Shown: positions 1-6,135 of the stretch, one piece after another
Numbering within the stretch: the stretch's first letter is position 1
How the letters are laid out: each line of letters begins with the position of its first letter
DNA from: Fimbriimonadales bacterium
Lineage (GTDB): Bacteria; Armatimonadota; Fimbriimonadia; Fimbriimonadales; JABRVX01
Length of the DNA stretch: 10,294 nucleotides
Direction of reading: 5' to 3'
Assembly: GCA_045862955.1 (NCBI GenBank)
Contig: BTVI01000069.1
Span: 1 to 10,294, forward strand
Notes under the pieces: model-generated
The model's database searches: none
What the model was told of the DNA's origin: nothing
The model's input: the letters and a program-made list of their open reading frames with translations, nothing else
Made by a program: the position numbers and the translations under genes

Positions 1-105
1 TTCGCGCTGTCTAACCAAACGCTGGAAGACCTGGACGGTTCGGGCACCGTGGACCTGCCCGACCTTAGCATCGCCCTCCTCGGTGTTGGCCGAGTTGGCG
101 ATTAG
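1..105 (+). CDS. 3' end of a gene with a C-terminal dockerin/EF-hand-like motif (partial, start lies outside the window)
   Basis: Frame 1 translated by hand reads FALSNQTLEDLDGSGTVDLPDLSIALLGVGRVGD*, with TAG at 103-105. DLDGSGTVDLPD fits the DxDxxGxVDxxD Ca-binding loop of dockerin-type repeats. Not in the supplied ORF track. Confidence 0.75.
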   Translation, partial: FALSNQTLEDLDGSGTVDLPDLSIALLGVGRVGD

Positions 106-950
106 GCTGCCTTCGCTTGGTCCGGGAACTGCGGTTGCTGCTTCGCTCTCGCTGGACGTGTTAGCCACGCGAGCATCAATGGCGGCAGCGAAATCACCAG
201 GCACGCCCATCCATACCCGAGCCACGGCCGGTCGATGAAGGCCGGTGTGTCGATTTCTTCCGGCCCCTGGGTGCCCACGAAGAGCCCGACCACGGAGCGC
301 GCGAAGCCTTCGAACCTCCCCAACCGGCTCCAGCGGAAGTATCGGGCACCGACCAACCGATACGGGTAGTTCGGGTGCTTCTCGAACACCTGTGCGAATA
401 TCTCGGGGTTATCCCGCACTTCCTCGATCGTGGCTATCCGGCGCTCTTCGTTCACCCAGTAGTGGTCGAAGGCGGGATCGAGCAGACGGTAACCCCCATC
501 GTGCCACACCGACACCATCTTGTGTTCGCCCACGGGTGGACCGTCCAGCAACACCATTCGCACCTTCATCCCACGAACCCGAGCTACCGCGCCAATCAGT
601 TCGCTCATACTCCCGCACTCACCGAAGCGTTCCGTGCCGGGGAAGGCGTAACCTTCGCGGAGGACCGTCAGGGGCGAGAGCTTTAGCGGCAGGCGCTCCT
701 CCAGCTTGGCCACCCAGTGAGCCTTCTCTGGGTCCACAGGATGCTTGCACTCCACTGCGACGTAGTGCAGCAGCTCCTTCAGCGAGTCCTCGGTGTCCAT
801 CCCCGGGCGAAAGAACTGCTCGGAGAAGCGGTACAGCTCGCGGTTGTCGAAGTACACCTTGGTCCAGCAGACTGCAGTACCGAGCAGCAGCACGAGGCCG
901 ATCACCAGCATCGCGCGCGAAAGCCAGCGGCTTCGAAACACTCTGCGCAT
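102..950 (-). CDS. Membrane-anchored transglutaminase-like superfamily protein (282 aa)
   Basis: ATG is preceded by GGAGGAAGCG. There is an N-terminal hydrophobic helix and a C-terminal hydrophobic helix (WLGYGWACLVISLPPLMLAWL). GEC..HKMVSVWHDGGYRLLDP gives a Cys112-His143-Asp158 triad in the transglutaminase-like pattern (GxC...HxxxxV....W..xDPT). Confidence 0.8.
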   Translation of the reverse strand: MRRVFRSRWLSRAMLVIGLVLLLGTAVCWTKVYFDNRELYRFSEQFFRPGMDTEDSLKELLHYVAVECKHPVDPEKAHWVAKLEERLPLKLSPLTVLREGYAFPGTERFGECGSMSELIGAVARVRGMKVRMVLLDGPPVGEHKMVSVWHDGGYRLLDPAFDHYWVNEERRIATIEEVRDNPEIFAQVFEKHPNYPYRLVGARYFRWSRLGRFEGFARSVVGLFVGTQGPEEIDTPAFIDRPWLGYGWACLVISLPPLMLAWLTRPARAKQQPQFPDQAKAA

Positions 951-1054
951 CGCTTCCTCCCCGTGTGTCGAGACATCGTTGCATCATAGGTTGGCAGCGA
1001 CCAACCGCACGAGAACCCCGATCCATAGAACACATCGGGCGACCGAGTTGCTCC

Positions 1055-2752
1055 CTAGAAGCGTATTCCTAGGCTGGCTTTGGCTTCGTACTCTCTCCGG
1101 TCCCTCATCAGCGAGCCGTGGTCGTAATAGTCCTTCATCCGCCCCTCCAGCGAGAGATGGAAGGAGCCACGCGCACTGTGAAAGCCGATGCCGTAGGACC
1201 GATACCCGGTAAGCGAATCGGCGAAAAGCCCCTCTTCCGCGTAGAGCAACCGGAACGAAGTCGAGCGACTGAAGAAGACGCCGCTCTGGAGCTCGAGCTT
1301 TCGCCGTTCTGCCGCGCCGCCGAACGGCGCGCTCTCCGCGTAGCTGCCGCCCACCATCAGCGAGCCTAACGTCAAGTCGACTCCAGCGGCGCGTCGGCGC
1401 ACTTCTTCCGGCACGCCCATCTTGTCTTCCGGTCGGTCCGCGTACTCTGCGCGAAGCGCCAGTGGTTGGATGGGCCGTGAAGTGACTCGCATCACGAGCG
1501 TGTCGATCGGCTCGCCTCCCTCGGGCGAGTCGCGACGCCTGCCCATACCCGTGAACTCGAGCGGGAGTAGCGGCGACCACTTCATCTCCACACCCGCGGC
1601 TTCGGCGAAGGGGGTGCCGCTTCCGGCGAAATAGGTGCCCGCCAGACCGATGCGCGAGACAGGCTGCCACCACAGCTTGGTGTCCGCGGCGGTGGCTTCC
1701 CCTTCGGCTACCGCCGAGGCCTCCAATCGCAGCGAGCGACTCACCCTTGCTTGTCCAGAGACCACCGTTTCGCCTGGGCCTCCGTGGTCGTTAGCGGTGT
1801 GCGAAGCTGCGAGCGAAGCGACCGGATCGGCAGCTTCGAAGCGCACCCGTGTCTTGCCGCCCGCACCCATCTCGCCGAGCCAGTCCACGCCAAACGTAAT
1901 CGGCTGGTAGGGAGTATAAGTCAGCCCGAGCCGGTCCTGCGTCCGCGTGCGTCCGCCATCGCTGCTCACTCCGCGCGAGGCCGCGAACGAGAGCTTCGGG
2001 TCGACCATGATGTCGAAGCCTGCACCGTAGGCAGACCGCTGAGCCCCCGTGGTCGTCTCCTCTTCCCAGAACTTCACGAAAGCGGAGCCGCGGCTGCCTC
2101 TGGCGCGCCAGTCTGCGGATACCACGTCGGTACCAGCCTTCACCCCCATCGCATTCGCGCCGGCGAACTGATCGCCCGCTGAGAAGTACGAAGCCTTGAC
2201 CGTGCCGCCGAGCAGCCCACCGTCCACTCCCATCTGCAGAAGGCGCGATCCCGGGGCAGAGATGTCTCTCTCGGAGAAGTAGTAGCCAGAGGTCCAACGC
2301 CACCCGCCTGTCGTGCGGTACGAGCCTCGCAATCCCAGAAAGCCGGCGAGGTCATCCCGCATCTGTGCAACGAGTCCCAGCCGAGCAGTGCCTGTGGATA
2401 GGAAGTCCGCTTCCAGCGGCACCAACGTGCGTCCCGATTGGCGCGAAGACCGGCCCCTGGCGATCTCGTACTCCACTTCTGCGGTCTCGCCGGGAGCCAG
2501 CGGAGGCTCGATGCGAATGGTGCCGAGATCCGGGTTGAAGAAGTAGTCGCGCCCCGCGACCAGCAAGAGCCCTCCTCGTCGCACTCGCTCGCTGCCAGCC
2601 ACGATACCTTGCCACTGCAGCTTCGGCATGGCCATGCCCGCTTCGCCGACGAGCATCTCCGACACTCGCTCGGTCTGCGCGAGAGCGCCGAGCGAAAGCG
2701 TCAGCACCCAGGTTGTCGCCAGAGCGGCGCGCATCGCTCCGACACCCGTCAC
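1055..2752 (-). CDS. Predicted outer-membrane beta-barrel protein, hypothetical (565 aa)
   Basis: GTG start with GGAGG 6 nt upstream (alternative ATG at 2734). Signal peptide ends ALA|Q. Amphipathic Gly/aromatic-rich strands run throughout, and the C-terminus ASLGIRF ends in Phe as in BAM substrates. Confidence 0.7.
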   Translation of the reverse strand: MTGVGAMRAALATTWVLTLSLGALAQTERVSEMLVGEAGMAMPKLQWQGIVAGSERVRRGGLLLVAGRDYFFNPDLGTIRIEPPLAPGETAEVEYEIARGRSSRQSGRTLVPLEADFLSTGTARLGLVAQMRDDLAGFLGLRGSYRTTGGWRWTSGYYFSERDISAPGSRLLQMGVDGGLLGGTVKASYFSAGDQFAGANAMGVKAGTDVVSADWRARGSRGSAFVKFWEEETTTGAQRSAYGAGFDIMVDPKLSFAASRGVSSDGGRTRTQDRLGLTYTPYQPITFGVDWLGEMGAGGKTRVRFEAADPVASLAASHTANDHGGPGETVVSGQARVSRSLRLEASAVAEGEATAADTKLWWQPVSRIGLAGTYFAGSGTPFAEAAGVEMKWSPLLPLEFTGMGRRRDSPEGGEPIDTLVMRVTSRPIQPLALRAEYADRPEDKMGVPEEVRRRAAGVDLTLGSLMVGGSYAESAPFGGAAERRKLELQSGVFFSRSTSFRLLYAEEGLFADSLTGYRSYGIGFHSARGSFHLSLEGRMKDYYDHGSLMRDRREYEAKASLGIRF

Positions 2753-2952
2753 AGTCAGCCTCCGTGCGTGAGAATACTCACACTCCTCCGCAGATACTGG
2801 CGGAAGAGCCCCGTTTCCTTACCGACTTAGACGTCTGGCCACCGCAATCGTGCCGATCCCACTGCCAAAGACCCGTCAAACCGCCGAGTCCCCTCCCGAC
2901 GCAAGAGGCGGAATGAACCGTCCGACAATTCCTGCGGAAGGTGGTTCGGGGG

Positions 2953-3156
2953 ATGGGAAACCGGGAACTAAGAATTGTGAAGCTGCTCCAGCCAGAGATG
3001 TGCCTGGAGTGCCGATTCGCGCAGATGGCGAACGTCGAGACCCCGGACGGCCGTGAGCAACGGATGCTCTACTGCCGTCGACTCGATTGCGACAACTGGG
3101 ATTACTCCAGCGCTGAGCCCGCTACCAAGGTGGACTGGGTCGAGGAGATCAAGTAG
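2953..3156 (+). CDS. Small hypothetical protein with four Cys (CLEC...CRRLDC), putative metal-binding (67 aa)
   Basis: ATG at 2953 (alternative GTG at 2941), protein-like composition, paired Cys motifs, and it fills the gap between flanking genes. Confidence 0.65.
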   Translation: MGNRELRIVKLLQPEMCLECRFAQMANVETPDGREQRMLYCRRLDCDNWDYSSAEPATKVDWVEEIK

Positions 3157-3685
3157 CACTGCCCGAGAACCGCACGGGCCCACCTATCGCTTGGACTCGC
3201 ACTTCCCGTGGCGTCACGTCCACGCGCTGTATCTGAACCGGGAAGGGGAGTGCCGACGCGTCTAGCAGCGGGTTCACGCTCTGCAGCACTCGCTCGACGA
3301 GCGCGTCTGGTGCCCCCATACCCGCGACTCGCACCGATGTAGGGCGAAACGCGATCTGCGTCCCTTCCCCTATCTCCAGGCGGCCTATGGCCTCTACCCC
3401 CAGCGGCAGCAAGCCCTGCATTCTCGCCGACACTCTCACCAACCCATCCTGCAGTGCGACCTGCAGGTCTTGGACCGCTTCCGGCGGGTTGTCCCGCACG
3501 AAGCGCAGGATCGACTCGGCCGAGATGCGCGCCGAAACGGTGGCCTGGCCCGGCAGCGCGAAGGTGCGGCGGTCTGCCTCGTAGCTCACGTCACCGGTTT
3601 CGACCAAGACCTCGTCCACGATTAAGCCGTTGTCCAAAGCGACTCCGGCCAACCTCAGTTCGGCGTGTCCGGCGGATAGCTTCAT
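3149..3685 (-). CDS. LmeA/DUF2993-like putative lipid-binding protein
   Basis: ORF 3149..3694, with ATG at 3685 or GTG at 3694. The beta-rich sequence has the family-like ending NPLLDASALPFPVQIQRVDVTPREVRVQA. Family assigned by resemblance only. Confidence 0.6.
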   Translation of the reverse strand: MKLSAGHAELRLAGVALDNGLIVDEVLVETGDVSYEADRRTFALPGQATVSARISAESILRFVRDNPPEAVQDLQVALQDGLVRVSARMQGLLPLGVEAIGRLEIGEGTQIAFRPTSVRVAGMGAPDALVERVLQSVNPLLDASALPFPVQIQRVDVTPREVRVQAIGGPVRFSGSAT

Positions 3686-3807
3686 CCCTAGCACTTTCGC
3701 CGCCGATGCCTCTGCTCCTTGACTACCGGGCAGGTCCTCGATAGAACGTGGGAAAGCGGCTTCTCCGCGAGACCGCAGATCGAGATGAAAGGACGGACAC
3801 GAATCAC

Positions 3808-3999
3808 ATGAGAGCCTTAGCCCTCACTGCTATGGGAGCGGCCTTCACAGCCGCATCGGCCCAGGAGTGGGACGTGGCCCAGGCGATCCCGGAGGGCACG
3901 AAGCCGCGCGTCATCTATGCCGAGGTGGGTGCCGACGGAATCGGTCGCGTAGTGTCTTCGCTCAACGTCCATACGCAGGCACGAACTCCCAGTGCATAG
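3808..3999 (+). CDS. Short ORF with signal peptide (63 aa); small exported protein or truncated gene remnant
   Basis: MRALALTAMGAAFTAASA|QEWD is a convincing Sec signal peptide, with purine-rich GAAAGGACGGA upstream. The ORF stops after only ~45 mature residues. Confidence 0.35.
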   Translation: MRALALTAMGAAFTAASAQEWDVAQAIPEGTKPRVIYAEVGADGIGRVVSSLNVHTQARTPSA

Positions 4000-4213
4000 C
4001 GCGCTCAAGTCCAGCGGCTATTTCAGCACTGCTGGGCCTAGTCGCCAAGACGGCATCGGGTCCATGCCTCGACGTTTCGGCTGCCGGAGCGGATGGTCAT
4101 AATTTACACCGTTGAGCCTTGCAGCGGCACGTCGAGGCCGTCCTCTCCCGCCTCACCCGTCTGCCTAGCCGGGCGCCTCGTAGTATGGGGTGTCCGGGTA
4201 CGATTCACTTCGC

Positions 4214-4289
4214 GCCCCCGTAGCTCAGGGGATAGAGCAACTGCCTTCTAAGCAGTGGGCCGATGGTTCGAGTCCATCCGGGGGCGCCA
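4214..4289 (+). tRNA. tRNA-Arg (anticodon UCU)
   Basis: Complete 76-nt cloverleaf: acceptor stem GCCCCCG/CGGGGGC, D-arm GCTC/GAGC, anticodon stem ACTGC/GCAGT with loop CTTCTAA (TCT at 4247-4249), T-arm GATGG-TTCGAGT-CCATC, discriminator G and encoded CCA. Confidence 0.97.
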
Positions 4290-4313
4290 TTGTTCGAGTC
4301 TCCTGCCGGGCGA

Positions 4314-4334
4314 CGGCATCCGGGTGCGATGCCG
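4314..4334 (+). other. Stem-loop downstream of the tRNA (possible terminator or processing hairpin)
   Basis: CGGCATC-N7-GATGCCG perfect 7-bp stem, with no clear U-tract. Confidence 0.35.
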
Positions 4335-4373
4335 CGGTATCATGCCAGCATCGTGAGCGAGGGTTTCCTGTTA

Positions 4374-4937
4374 TTGCGGCGCAGCTTTGCTTGGGTGGTG
4401 CTCTGTCTGTTACTCCTTGCCGGATGCGGTGGGGGAGATGCATCGCACGGCTCAGAAGTGTCGGACAGGACGGACGTTTCTGACAGGTCTGAACCCTCCG
4501 GCAAGTCGGAGCGGCCGGCAGCATACAATCCCGCCCGGCGCACCCAACTGGCAGACCTTCCCGTTGCCGAGGTGCGTATCGGAGAACAGGTCATGCCGGT
4601 CTGGATCGCCGCCAACTCGCTCACTCGCGAAGAAGGCATGATGCATCTCACCGATGCCGAAGTTCCCGATGACCACGGCATGCTCTTTGTCTTTCTCGAA
4701 GAAGCGCCACTCAGCTTCTGGATGCGAAACACGCTGATCCCGCTGGATATCGCCTTCCTCGACGCCAAAGGGGAGGTGCTCAACACCGAGCGGATGCAGC
4801 CCCGTGACCCGACACCCATACCCAGTAAAGGGCCGGCCAAGTACGCGCTGGAAGCCAAGGCAGGCACGTTCAAGCGCCTCGGCCTGCGGCCCGGCATGAC
4901 GATTAAGCTCCCGGCCGGCCTCAGCGCGATAGACTAG
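4374..4937 (+). CDS. DUF192-domain lipoprotein
   Basis: Likely TTG start at 4374 with GAGGG upstream (alternative GTG at 4353). Lipoprotein signal MRRSFAWVVLCLLLLAG|C. Hallmark DUF192 motifs REEGMM, GMLFVF, FWMRNTLIPLDIAFLD and YALEAKAG are present. Confidence 0.9.
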   Translation: MRRSFAWVVLCLLLLAGCGGGDASHGSEVSDRTDVSDRSEPSGKSERPAAYNPARRTQLADLPVAEVRIGEQVMPVWIAANSLTREEGMMHLTDAEVPDDHGMLFVFLEEAPLSFWMRNTLIPLDIAFLDAKGEVLNTERMQPRDPTPIPSKGPAKYALEAKAGTFKRLGLRPGMTIKLPAGLSAID

Positions 4938-4964
4938 CTCGACGCGTCCCCAACGGGAAGTCGC

Positions 4965-5837
4965 CTATGGGTGGTAAGTGATCACCCGATACGAAACCTC
5001 GACCCATCGCGGCTTGAAGAACCGCGTGTCGTAGGTCGTTCGCTTCGTCCAGTTGCCCTTCGAGTCGTAGGTGGCTTTAAACGTGTGCCGAGTCATCAGT
5101 TGCCCGTCGCCGCGGTAGACCACCAGCTTGGCCAGGTCGCCTTTCGCGTCATAGGTGTAGCGTGTGTTGCTGATCAGCGAGCCATGCCGCCAGGCCTTGT
5201 CCTCGGTGCAGCGGCCGTTGTCATCGTACTGATAGGCGTGCTTCCACACCTGCTTGCCATCGGGGCCGGTGCATGTGATCGTGGCCTCGCGGTCGTTCTG
5301 ATCGTAGGTGTAGGCTACGATCCACGGGGCGCCGCCGCCAGCGGGGGTGATGGTCTCTCGTGTCGGCTTTCCGCGCTCGTTGTACTCGAATGCCGAAGCA
5401 TTGAAAGCGGTCCCGTCTCCACGAGAGCGCTGCACCTCGATCAGCCTGCCGCGGCCATCATAGCGATAGCTCTCTCTACCGGTCAGCTTCTGCGCCGGAG
5501 TTTCGAAAATCGTCTTCTCCGCCACTCGACCGAACTCGTCGAGGGTGCAGACGGTCTTGGAGACGAGGGCTCCACTCGGCAGGAACTTCTCGTCGTCAAC
5601 AGGGACGCCTTGAGGGCTGTAGGTGGTCTTGCGCACAGCCACCCGCTTGCCCTCGACCCACTTGCCCGCCTTCTTGGCAAAGGGTGCCGACTCGGTGATG
5701 ACGACGCGGGGGCGGTTGCGGGGGATGGCTGCCTCCGGGCCCACCGTGGGCTCCGGCGGCTGCCAGCTCGGCTGGGCGAGGGCTGGGGTACCGCTCCATA
5801 CGGCAACCATCGCGAAGATAACGGCGATAGCGGTCAT
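4965..5837 (-). CDS. Exported YD/RHS-repeat-like protein (290 aa)
   Basis: ATG at 5837 with GGAGGT upstream. Signal peptide ends ALA|Q. About seven repeats of the YxYDxxGrl type (LDEFGRV, YRYDGRGRL, FEYNERGKP, YTYDQNDRE, YQYDDNGRC, YTYDAKGDL, ATYDSKGNW). No RHS core terminator or toxin domain. Confidence 0.8.
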   Translation of the reverse strand: MTAIAVIFAMVAVWSGTPALAQPSWQPPEPTVGPEAAIPRNRPRVVITESAPFAKKAGKWVEGKRVAVRKTTYSPQGVPVDDEKFLPSGALVSKTVCTLDEFGRVAEKTIFETPAQKLTGRESYRYDGRGRLIEVQRSRGDGTAFNASAFEYNERGKPTRETITPAGGGAPWIVAYTYDQNDREATITCTGPDGKQVWKHAYQYDDNGRCTEDKAWRHGSLISNTRYTYDAKGDLAKLVVYRGDGQLMTRHTFKATYDSKGNWTKRTTYDTRFFKPRWVEVSYRVITYHP

Positions 5838-6023
5838 GCAACACCTCCAATCGGGTGCATCTTCGCGCCGACCCCTGATGGGAATGGCGACGAAGGCGCT
5901 TGGCCCGACAGTCGATCTCGAGCGCGACACTACAGATTGTAGGCAAGCGTTGTACACGCGTTAAAAAAACTTCTTCGCGCCGTGCTCGCTGCAGGAGTCA
6001 TTCGTCAGCATACCGAAAATACC

Positions 6024-6037
6024 TTGCAGAACTGCAA
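6024..6037. promoter_or_regulatory. Perfect inverted repeat TTGCAG-AA-CTGCAA, candidate operator
   Basis: 14-bp dyad overlapping the predicted -35, with TTG-N8-CAA geometry like CRP/FNR-family boxes. Confidence 0.45.
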
Positions 6038-6052
6038 ACCGGGTGGTAACAT
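6024..6052 (+). promoter_or_regulatory. Putative sigma70-type promoter of the cytochrome operon
   Basis: TTGCAG (6024-6029), a 17-nt spacer, and TAACAT (6047-6052) with extended -10 TG at 6044-6045. It lies ~85 nt upstream of ATG 6136 in a locally AT-richer intergenic region. Confidence 0.6.
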
Positions 6053-6135
6053 GCCCGATAAAAGGCAGGGCAGGCTCTTTCGGTACGCTCCGGCAGCCCG
6101 TGTGCGGAGCGCGAGGATGAGCTAAGGAGGGCCGC

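Noticed and set aside
245..1072. 275-aa + strand ORF and other Arg/Pro/Ser-rich alternative-frame ORFs across the window
   Set aside because: Composition is typical of spurious frames in GC-rich DNA, and they overlap better-supported genes.
4190..4373. ORF starts at 4190 and 4263 (extended DUF192 N-terminus)
   Set aside because: They overlap the tRNA gene. The lipoprotein signal peptide indicates a start near 4374.
4455..4490. Short tandem peptide repeat EVSDRT/DVSDRS in the DUF192 linker
   Set aside because: Only two degenerate copies in a low-complexity lipoprotein tether, with no evidence of further significance.
4965..5837. RHS polymorphic toxin
   Set aside because: Too short, with no PxxxxDPxG core terminator, no toxin domain and no adjacent immunity gene.
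4971..5942. 323-aa + strand ORF
   Set aside because: Antisense shadow of the YD-repeat gene, which has the RBS, signal peptide and repeats.
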